The translations under genes were made by a program, and so were the position numbers. From Planctomycetota bacterium (GTDB lineage: Bacteria > Planctomycetota > UBA1135 > UBA2386): DNA of 64,000 bases. The first letter of the stretch is position 1, and every line of letters begins with the position of its first letter. Positions 56,798 to 64,000 of the stretch are shown one piece after another. The notes beneath the pieces are model-generated. The model saw only the letters and a list, made by a program, of their open reading frames with translations. It was not told where the DNA came from and did no database searches. Location: assembly GCA_051278165.1 (NCBI GenBank), contig JBNMNW010000002.1, positions 1,267-65,266 of the forward strand. Reading direction: 5' to 3'.

Positions 56798-58174
56798 ATG
56801 AGTATCACGGAGAACGATTTCGGGGGCGGCATTGAAAGCTCGCCCGATCAAGGTGGTGGACCCGATCGCAAATGGCGACGCGGTGGTCGTAGGCGACGTC
56901 GTCGAGGCGGCGGCGGCGGCGGCGGTGGCCAAGGTGGCGGCGGCCAAGTGGGCGGCGGCGGCCAAGGCGGCGGCCAAGGCGGCGGTGGCGGCCAAGGCGG
57001 CGGCGGCCAGGGAGGCAACTTCCAGGTCGAGGGCCCAACCGAAGAAGCGATTGGCGTTCTCCAATACACCAAGGAAGGCAATGGCTGGCTTCGCAAGGCG
57101 ATCAACAGCTACATGCCCGACGACATCCCGAACGGCGACACGTTCGTTCCGGGCTCACTGATTCGCCAACATCGCCTGCAGGAAGGTAGCGAGATCGTTG
57201 GCCAAGCTGGCTTCCCGACTCGCGGTCAGCAACGTCTGACGATGGCGGAGGTCGAGAAGGTGGACGGCATGGAGCCGGACGAGCGCAAGGAAGTGCCTCA
57301 GTTCCGCAGTTTGACCGTCATCGACCCCGAGCCGATGTTCGTGTTGGCTCCAGGTAGCGACGAGAACATTTCGCTGCGCATTGTCGATCTGCTCTGTCCG
57401 ATTGGATACGGCACGCGTGGCCTCGTCGTGGCACCGCCACGATCGGGCAAGACCGTGCTGATGCAGCAGATCTGCGCATCGATCAGCGAACATCATCCCG
57501 AGGTGCACATCATCGTGCTGCTGATCGACGAGCGCCCTGAAGAGGCGACCGGTTGGAAGCGCAGTGTCACCGGCAAGAACCGCGAAGTGCTGGTCTCGAC
57601 CCTCGACGAAGGTCCCCAGAACCACGTCCTGGTCAGCGAGATCTGCTTGAAGCGCGCCCAGCGCTTGGTCGAAACCGGCCGCGATGTCGTCATCCTGCTC
57701 GACTCGATCACACGATTGACGCGCGCCTACAACTCGGCCCTCGGTGGTCGCGGTGGCGGCACGATGTCCGGTGGTCTCGGTTCGAAGGTGCTCGAAATCC
57801 CGAAGAAGTTCTTCGGCGCGGCGCGCAACTGTGAAGACGGTGGCTCGCTGACGATCCTCGGCACGACGCTGGTCGACACCGGCTCGCGCATGGACCAGGT
57901 CATCTTCGAAGAGTTCAAGGGCACTGGCAACCAGGAGCTCGTGCTCAACCGCCAGCTCGCCGAACGCCGCGTGTATCCGGCGATTGACGTCGAGCTGTCC
58001 GGCACGCGTAAGGAAGAGTTGCTGCTTGGCGCCGAAGTGACCCAGCGCCTCTACACGCTGCGCCGGGTGCTTTCGCGCATGAACGCGCTCGATGCGATGC
58101 CGCTGTTGATCGACCGTCTGATGAAGACGGATACGAACCAGCAGTTCCTCGACAGCTTCCGCTTGGAAGAGTGA
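56798..58174 (+). CDS. rho: Transcription termination factor Rho with Arg/Gly/Gln-rich N-terminal low-complexity region
   Basis: Walker A VAPPRSGKTVLMQ, Walker B VLLIDERPEE, and RVYPAIDV. A CSD-like RNA-binding region (GVLQYTKEGNGWLRKA) is present. The start is set at MSITENDF. Confidence 0.95.
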   Translation: MSITENDFGGGIESSPDQGGGPDRKWRRGGRRRRRRGGGGGGGGQGGGGQVGGGGQGGGQGGGGGQGGGGQGGNFQVEGPTEEAIGVLQYTKEGNGWLRKAINSYMPDDIPNGDTFVPGSLIRQHRLQEGSEIVGQAGFPTRGQQRLTMAEVEKVDGMEPDERKEVPQFRSLTVIDPEPMFVLAPGSDENISLRIVDLLCPIGYGTRGLVVAPPRSGKTVLMQQICASISEHHPEVHIIVLLIDERPEEATGWKRSVTGKNREVLVSTLDEGPQNHVLVSEICLKRAQRLVETGRDVVILLDSITRLTRAYNSALGGRGGGTMSGGLGSKVLEIPKKFFGAARNCEDGGSLTILGTTLVDTGSRMDQVIFEEFKGTGNQELVLNRQLAERRVYPAIDVELSGTRKEELLLGAEVTQRLYTLRRVLSRMNALDAMPLLIDRLMKTDTNQQFLDSFRLEE

Positions 58175-58197
58175 TCGTAGGTTGGTCGGCCGTTTGG

Positions 58198-58248
58198 TCG
58201 AGCAAACGGTGACATCGAGCAAACGGTGACATCGCCGATACGGTGAGA
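58198..58248. repeat. Three tandem 17-nt units
   Basis: tcgagcaaacggtgaca x2 (perfect) plus the degenerate tcgccgatacggtgaga. The array begins 24 nt after the rho stop. Confidence 0.9.
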
Positions 58249-58377
58249 ACGGATCCAGGCGGCAGATTGCCGCTGTGATCCATATGGCTTTGGGTCTTCT
58301 TCGGAACCTGTCTGGATGTTGCGTCAGGTTCCGGGTTGGCTAGACGTTCGCGTGCTAATCCAAGACCGCAACTGATC

Positions 58378-59328
58378 ATGATCGAAGTCGACCGTCTCGA
58401 GAAGAGCTATGGCTTCGCTCGCGCGCTGAAGGGCATCTCCTTCTCCGTTAGCAAGGGCGAAGTGATCGGCTTCCTCGGCCCCAATGGAGCCGGTAAGTCC
58501 ACGACGATGAAGATTCTGACCGGCTACTTGTCGCCCTCGGGTGGCAGTGGCAGCGTCAATGGACTCGACGTCGTCAAGGACTCGTTGGCCGTGAGGGCGT
58601 TGATCGGCTACCTGCCGGAAAGCACTCCGCTCTACAGCGACATGCGCGTTGATGACTACTTGTCATTCTGCGCCGAGATTCGCGGTGTCGCTGCCCGCGA
58701 TCGCAAGGCCGCGTTAGCCCGCGCGTTCCGACTTTGCGGACTCGAGCGCGTGACCGGCAAGAACATCGTCGAGCTGTCGAAGGGCTATAAGCAGCGCGTC
58801 GGACTCGCCCAGGCAATCGTGCACGAGCCGCCAGTGCTGATCCTCGATGAGCCGACGTCGGGCCTCGACCCCAACCAGATCGTCGAAGTGCGCAAGCTGA
58901 TCGAACGACTTGGTGAAGAGCACACGGTCGTCTTGAGCACGCACTACCTGCAGGAAGTCGAGAAGTCGTGTTCGCGCGTGATCATCGTCAACCAAGGCGT
59001 GATCGTCGCCGATGGCACGCAAGAGCAGTTGCTGGCGCAGCAACCCGGCGGCGGCTTGCGCATGCGCGTTCGCGGTCCCGAGGCCGCGGTGTTGGCGCAA
59101 CTCAAAGAGCTGCTCAGCGAGGTTCCGATCGAGGTAGTCGACCGCCACGATGATGGCAACGAATACCGAATTGCAGACCACGGCCAGCAAGCACCGATCG
59201 CCGAAGCGATCGCACGCATGGTGGTCAAAAACGGCTGGGACCTGCTGTCGTTGCAGCGCGAGACCCCGGACCTCGAAGACGTCTTCCGCAAGTTGACGTT
59301 GAGTAAGCCGGAGGCCGCCAATGTCTAA
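58378..59328 (+). CDS. ABC transporter ATP-binding protein (ABC-2/GldA-like)
   Basis: Walker A LGPNGAGKSTT, signature LSKGYKQRVGLAQA, and Walker B LILDEPTSGLD. The start is set at MIEVDRLEKSYG. Confidence 0.9.
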   Translation: MIEVDRLEKSYGFARALKGISFSVSKGEVIGFLGPNGAGKSTTMKILTGYLSPSGGSGSVNGLDVVKDSLAVRALIGYLPESTPLYSDMRVDDYLSFCAEIRGVAARDRKAALARAFRLCGLERVTGKNIVELSKGYKQRVGLAQAIVHEPPVLILDEPTSGLDPNQIVEVRKLIERLGEEHTVVLSTHYLQEVEKSCSRVIIVNQGVIVADGTQEQLLAQQPGGGLRMRVRGPEAAVLAQLKELLSEVPIEVVDRHDDGNEYRIADHGQQAPIAEAIARMVVKNGWDLLSLQRETPDLEDVFRKLTLSKPEAANV

Positions 59329-60085
59329 CGTGATCACCAGCGTGTGCGGTCGCGAGACGCGCGTCATCTTTCGTCGCGAACTGAAGAGCTACTTCCTGTC
59401 GCCGATTGCCTACGTCTTCGGTGGGCTGTTCCTGACGGTGCTGCTCTTCCTGTCGGCGAAGACCAGCCTCGTGCACGGCGCGCCCGCCACGATGCAGCCG
59501 TTCTTCCTCTACTTGCCGTGGCTGTTCCTGATCTTCCTGCCCGGCTTGACCATGCGTCTGTGGGCTGAAGAGCGGAAGCTCGGCACGATCGAACTGTTGC
59601 TGACGTTCCCGGTGCGTACCAGTCAAGTCGTGCTCGGCAAGTTCGGCGCGGTGGTGACCTACCTCGGCTTCATCTTGCTGCTGACGCTCGGCCTGCCGTT
59701 GACGCTCGGCGCGTATGGCTCGATCGATTGGCCGCCGGTGTTGGGGCAATACGTTGCCTCGCTGATGTTTGCCGGCAGCTTCGTCGCGGTCGGCATGTTT
59801 TGGTCGAGCATGACCAAGGACCAGATCGTCGCGCTGCTCGCGTCGATCGTGTCGCTGTCGGTGTTGTTCTTGCTGGGCAACCCGTCGGTGATCGAGTTCT
59901 TTGGTTCGAACCTGCCGCTGTGGTGCGCCGACTTGCTCAACGGCATCAGCCCTTACAAATACTTCCTCAGCATCGCGCGCGGCGTCTTCGATACGCGCGA
60001 CTTCATCTACTTCGTCTGCTTCTGCGGGTTCTTCCTCTACGCGAACGTGCTGGTGCTGAAGGCGCGGCGGGAGAGCAAGGGATGA
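59321..60085 (+). CDS. ABC-2 type transporter permease (GldF-like)
   Basis: Six predicted TM helices. It overlaps the ATPase gene by 8 nt. Confidence 0.8.
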   Translation: MSNVITSVCGRETRVIFRRELKSYFLSPIAYVFGGLFLTVLLFLSAKTSLVHGAPATMQPFFLYLPWLFLIFLPGLTMRLWAEERKLGTIELLLTFPVRTSQVVLGKFGAVVTYLGFILLLTLGLPLTLGAYGSIDWPPVLGQYVASLMFAGSFVAVGMFWSSMTKDQIVALLASIVSLSVLFLLGNPSVIEFFGSNLPLWCADLLNGISPYKYFLSIARGVFDTRDFIYFVCFCGFFLYANVLVLKARRESKG

Positions 60086-62214
60086 TTGGTATGCATTCAT
60101 CAAGACGTCCGTCAGAACTGCGCCGAGGTCGCGAACGCGGCGCCGCGCTACCGCTGCTGCTGCACGTGGTGCTGTTGCTGCTCGTGCTCGGCCAGATCGT
60201 CTACCTCGCGTCGCGCTATCGCGTGCGCATCGACATGACGACCGACAAACTGTGGACGACGACGGCGTCGACCAGCAAGTTGGTGGGCAACCTCAAAGAG
60301 CGCCTGATCGTCGAGGCCTACTTCAGCCCGAAGGAAAACTTGCCGCTGTCGATGAGCAGCAGTCGCGACTGGGCTGACAACTTCCTCGATGAAATCACGC
60401 AGCTCGGCAAAGGCCGCGTGATCGTGCAGCGTTTCGATCCAAACAGTGATGCCGCGATCGCCAAGACGGCGAGTCGCCTTGGCATCCAGCCACTCAATCT
60501 GCGCAGCCAATCGGCGACTTCGTTGTCGGTCGATCAGCACTGGCAAGGCTTGCGGCTGCTCTACGGCGGTGGCAAGCAGAAGGTCATCGAAGCCTTCTTG
60601 CCGCGCAGTTCGTTCCAAGCGGAGGCGATGGTCACGCCGAAGATCAAGGAAGTCATCACCGGCTCGAAGCGCCGGATCGGCTACATGGAATGGCCGGCGC
60701 GGGTGCCGCGCGGCCGTCAGCAGAAACTTGTTGGCTGGAATATGGTGCGAACGCAGCGCGATCTGAAGTCGCGCTACGAATTCCAAAACTACAAGGATAC
60801 AGACGGCGCGCTGCTGCCAGCCGACCTTGAGACGCTGTTCTTGTTCCGGCCGATGTTGCTGACGGATCGGCAGAAATACGTCGTCGATCAGTTCGTCATG
60901 AGCGGCGGCACGTTGGTGATCTTTGCAGATGCTGCGGAGTACCAGATCGATGCCGAGCGCAGCTTTAAGAAGGTGCCGTTTGCGCTCGACGCAAAGGAGA
61001 GCGCCTATCCGTTCGTGCAGCAGCTCAGTCATTACGGCGTTGATTGGCAGCCGCGGCTTGTCGCGGACATGCACGACCTCGCCTACAAAGCGCAGTTCTC
61101 AGGGCCGCAGGAATACTTCGCGCGCGCCATGCGGGTTGCCGCGGATAGTGCCAATTGGATCCCGGTCGCCTACCCATACTTTTTGCATGCGGTGAACTAC
61201 GATTGGGCGATGTCGGCCGATCAACTAGCGGTCGACCCGACCGGCAAAATCGATGAACTCAAGGCAGCGCAGTATCGCAAGAGCCTGCGGCCTGGCATGC
61301 CAGCCGATGATTTCCTGTTCCAAGGCTTCAAGAAGGCTGCGAACCGGGGGCCGGGATTTTACTGGCCGACTTGGGTTGGCCTGCGCGAACGTGCTGGCGG
61401 CGTGCCCGATATGCCCGACGGCGTAGAAGGCCGCGTGCTGCTGTGGACGTCACCGTTGGCGCTGGTGGAGAGCCCACCGGCTGGCCTAAATCCCGTTGGC
61501 TTCAACGAAGGTGCAATGGAAGCTGAGCATCAGCGTTTCATGGATCAGCTACGCGACCGCGTGCTGGCCGAACCGCGCTTGCAGGCGCCGTTGATGGTTG
61601 AGGTGCAGGGCGAGTTCCAGTCCTTCTTTGTCGGCAAGGCGGTGCCGAAGCGCCCATCGCAGATCCTTGAAGAATCGCGCCGAGCGAAGGACGAGGCGAA
61701 GCCTGGGGATGAACCCGTGGAGCCCTCGTCAGATGCAAACGGCCCGCAACCTGCGAAGCTAAGCGACTCTGTTGCAAGCAACGCTGAAGACCCGATGCGC
61801 CCAGCGTCTGCGTCACCAGGTCGCATTATCGTGGTCGGTGATGCCACGTTCCTGCGCGACGATGTGATCGGCGGCGACTACAAGGGAATCGGTGGCCCGG
61901 TTTCGGGCGGCGCAGCGATGCCGTTCTTTGGGCAAATGCTCGACTGGCTCAGCGATGATCGCGACTTGGTCGATCTGCAATCGCGAGTGCCAGCCGACCG
62001 CACACTTGCATTGGTCGATACGACTGCGAAGCCGAACGAAGATCCTCGTGACGCGGAGCAGGCCATGCGCAGCAAGACAACCAGCTTGGTCGCACTCAAT
62101 GTCATCATGCCGTGCTTGGTGTTGTTGACGTTTGGCCTGATCGTCTGGAACATCCGCCGCAACCAGAAGCGTGCGTTCCTCACGTCGCTCGATACCGCGG
62201 AGGAGACGCGATGA
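60082..62214 (+). CDS. GldG-like ABC-transport auxiliary protein (N- and C-terminal TM anchors, large periplasmic body)
   Basis: The ATG overlaps the permease stop (ATGA). It has an N-terminal TM (LPLLLHVVLLLLVLGQIVYL) and a C-terminal TM (LVALNVIMPCLVLLTFGLIVW). It occupies the position after a GldF-like permease. Confidence 0.65.
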   Translation: MIGMHSSRRPSELRRGRERGAALPLLLHVVLLLLVLGQIVYLASRYRVRIDMTTDKLWTTTASTSKLVGNLKERLIVEAYFSPKENLPLSMSSSRDWADNFLDEITQLGKGRVIVQRFDPNSDAAIAKTASRLGIQPLNLRSQSATSLSVDQHWQGLRLLYGGGKQKVIEAFLPRSSFQAEAMVTPKIKEVITGSKRRIGYMEWPARVPRGRQQKLVGWNMVRTQRDLKSRYEFQNYKDTDGALLPADLETLFLFRPMLLTDRQKYVVDQFVMSGGTLVIFADAAEYQIDAERSFKKVPFALDAKESAYPFVQQLSHYGVDWQPRLVADMHDLAYKAQFSGPQEYFARAMRVAADSANWIPVAYPYFLHAVNYDWAMSADQLAVDPTGKIDELKAAQYRKSLRPGMPADDFLFQGFKKAANRGPGFYWPTWVGLRERAGGVPDMPDGVEGRVLLWTSPLALVESPPAGLNPVGFNEGAMEAEHQRFMDQLRDRVLAEPRLQAPLMVEVQGEFQSFFVGKAVPKRPSQILEESRRAKDEAKPGDEPVEPSSDANGPQPAKLSDSVASNAEDPMRPASASPGRIIVVGDATFLRDDVIGGDYKGIGGPVSGGAAMPFFGQMLDWLSDDRDLVDLQSRVPADRTLALVDTTAKPNEDPRDAEQAMRSKTTSLVALNVIMPCLVLLTFGLIVWNIRRNQKRAFLTSLDTAEETR

Positions 62215-63320
62215 ATCTGAAATCTCGCAATCTTGTGCTCAGCTTGGTGTGCCTACTGCTGGCGATCCCGACGGCTCTGCAGCTCTACGCTGACTCGGAC
62301 ACGTTCGTCGATGTTGGCCGCATCCCGTTGATGTTCCAGGGCTTCACCAGCGACAATGCTGGCTATGTGTTGATTGCGGAGCCGAAGGCTGTGCAACAGC
62401 CGCCGCCTGCTAACCCCAATCCCAAGCAGCTGCCCCAAGTCGACTACACCGAATTGTTGCTGGAGCTTGTTGGTGGCACTTGGAAAATTAAGCAATTGCC
62501 TGACCAAGCGCCTGGTCTGTTGGTCGGTGCGCCGATCAAGGCACCGCGTCTTGAAGCGGACGTGTTCCATCATCTGCGGATGATCCGCAATGATCCGGAG
62601 ACGTTGGTGCAGGCCAACGCGACGGGTGAGCAGCTGAAGAAATACGGCCTCGATGTCGAGCATGCCTACTTGATCAAGGTCATTGATAAGCAGGGCGACA
62701 ATGTGCTGGCCGAAGTCTTCGTTGGCGATGACTCTAGTGTTGGTCGTTCGGGCACCGAGGCGGTGCGTGGCGTGTTCGTGCGCCAAGTCGGCAGCAACGA
62801 TGTCGTGCTCTACGAATGGGAGAAGCCTTGGCGTCGCAACATCGAGATCGGCGAATGGGTCGAGCGTGTTTTGGCGCGCTTCCAGCCGCCGCAAGTTCGC
62901 AGGCTGACGCTTAAGAACCTGTCGACCAAGGGCCAGACGTTCGTGTTCGAGCGTGAGCCGGGTAAGTCGATGTGGCAGTCGAAGGATGGTGGCGAGAGCT
63001 TGGGGGCGGTGCGTCAGACCGAGATTGAAGGCCTGATCCAGCGGTTCAGCTACCTGGCCGTGAATAGCTTTGAGCGCGGCCTCCAGAACGCTGGCGACAT
63101 GTCGAGCTACGGGCTGTTTCCCGCCGAGATCGAAGTGACGTTCACGATCGCTGAGGGCGATACCGAGAGGGTTGTGCGGATTGCCATCGGTAACCGGGTC
63201 GAGGGGCGGAACATCTATTACATGACCTGCAACCTGGCGCCGTTCATCATGACGTGGGGCTCGTCGATGGTGACCAACTTCGAACTCGACGTGGCAACCC
63301 GTCTGTTCGATCCCAAGTAG
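62211..63320 (+). CDS. DUF4340-like protein (N-terminal anchor)
   Basis: The ATG overlaps the previous stop (ATGA). MNLKSRNLVLSLVCLLLAIPTAL forms an anchor. The gene order GldF-GldG-DUF4340 is a recurrent arrangement. Confidence 0.55.
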   Translation: MNLKSRNLVLSLVCLLLAIPTALQLYADSDTFVDVGRIPLMFQGFTSDNAGYVLIAEPKAVQQPPPANPNPKQLPQVDYTELLLELVGGTWKIKQLPDQAPGLLVGAPIKAPRLEADVFHHLRMIRNDPETLVQANATGEQLKKYGLDVEHAYLIKVIDKQGDNVLAEVFVGDDSSVGRSGTEAVRGVFVRQVGSNDVVLYEWEKPWRRNIEIGEWVERVLARFQPPQVRRLTLKNLSTKGQTFVFEREPGKSMWQSKDGGESLGAVRQTEIEGLIQRFSYLAVNSFERGLQNAGDMSSYGLFPAEIEVTFTIAEGDTERVVRIAIGNRVEGRNIYYMTCNLAPFIMTWGSSMVTNFELDVATRLFDPK

Positions 63321-63583
63321 CCGGCTGACGGCCGCTGCTGGCATGCGCGCAAGGCAACTGTAGCCGACTTGCCGCGCAGTCTCGCTCAGAGACCGCCGCG
63401 AATGCCGCGCTGTCAGCGCGCTTAGACGCAGGTTTGCGGCCAACATTCTGTGCGCTCCAGGTGCAACGCGAGCTGACTCTTTGGCCGCTGGCCGAAGAAA
63501 GCAACCTCTCCTCCTTCTGAGTAGGCTGGGGCGAGGGCACGTTGCCTTCGCCCCGGTCGTTTTCTTCTGGCGAGAGAACGCGC

Positions 63584-64000
63584 ATGATCTGGATTGTGCC
63601 CGGCACTTCGATCGCAGCCACAACGACATCTCACGGTTCGGCCTTGCGGCGGTTTGCTCAAGGTCTGCGCTGGCGTCATGTCTTCAGCTGCACCATTGGA
63701 GCTGGCATGCGCTGGGGACTGCTGCTCGCTTTGCCGCTGCTGTTGCTCGCGTGGCTTTGGCCCGAGGAACTGCGCTTTGGACTGATCGTTTGTTTGGCGA
63801 TCCTGCTGCCCACGATGTTGCTGGCGGCAGTGCGCGCATGGTGGCACAGCAGGCAGATCTTCTCGGCGTTGCGGCATAGCTTGTTGGGCGGCGGCTCGGC
63901 CGGAACTGGCGGTGAGATTGCGGCACTACACGACGAGTTATTGACGTGGCTTGAGATCGACGATCTGCACGCTAGCGATGTTGTGGATGCCAGCTCTGGC
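63584..64000 (+). CDS. Hypothetical membrane protein, 3' end off-window
   Basis: Not in the ORF track because there is no stop in the window. The frame is open from ATG 63584 to nt 64000 (139 codons). It has two TM-like segments (WGLLLALPLLLLAWLW, FGLIVCLAILLPTMLLAAV). Confidence 0.45.
   Translation, partial: MIWIVPGTSIAATTTSHGSALRRFAQGLRWRHVFSCTIGAGMRWGLLLALPLLLLAWLWPEELRFGLIVCLAILLPTMLLAAVRAWWHSRQIFSALRHSLLGGGSAGTGGEIAALHDELLTWLEIDDLHASDVVDASSG

Noticed and set aside
56523-56801. A 92-aa ORF in the rho leader (MSHQEGLDALSPEQVEQNYW...).
   Set aside because: The first ~35 residues look plausible, but the rest is Arg/Cys/Leu-rich. It runs into the rho start in another frame and has no obvious Shine-Dalgarno. 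It is treated as non-coding pending expression data.
56878-57015. The G-rich coding strand of the rho low-complexity region considered as a G-quadruplex element.
   Set aside because: The G runs are almost all GG interrupted by C (a ggcggc pattern), not the GGG tracts needed for a stable G4. Glycine codon repeats are the simpler explanation.

Overview
All coordinates and motif calls were made by eye, without tools or searches. This is a high-GC bacterial chromosomal segment. The domain families present suggest a Planctomycetota/PVC-like organism, which is an inference only. Those families are a giant DUF1080 plus PVC-type CxxCH heme-binding dehydrogenase, an ABC/GldF/GldG/DUF4340 module, and many lipobox proteins. 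I support about 50 CDS, almost all core housekeeping: an ABC-F ATPase, cytochrome c peroxidase, hisS, polA, recJ, selA-selD, the nusA-infB-DUF503-rbfA operon, asnS, murA, pgi, guaB-guaA, clpP, rho, two Na+-coupled transporters, and a cheW-mcp-cheA-cheD-cheB cluster. I found no rRNA, tRNA, CRISPR array, transposase, integrase or phage gene. I see no convincing novel multi-gene accessory system, and the window reads as ordinary core chromosome. The points most worth a second look are these. (1) selD is a selenoprotein gene whose in-frame UGA (19997-19999) makes the ORF track truncate it. (2) At least 14 loci carry short head-to-tail duplications, mostly at or just after stop codons or in dispensable protein tails. 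(3) The chemosensory cluster has no cheY or cheR, and its CheB has a degenerate receiver domain. (4) An untracked 50-aa single-TM ORF sits next to the NSS transporter and may be a MetS-like small subunit. (5) Rho has an Arg/Gly/Gln low-complexity N-terminus behind an ~850 nt leader. (6) A 73-bp near-perfect palindrome lies upstream of the peroxidase gene.
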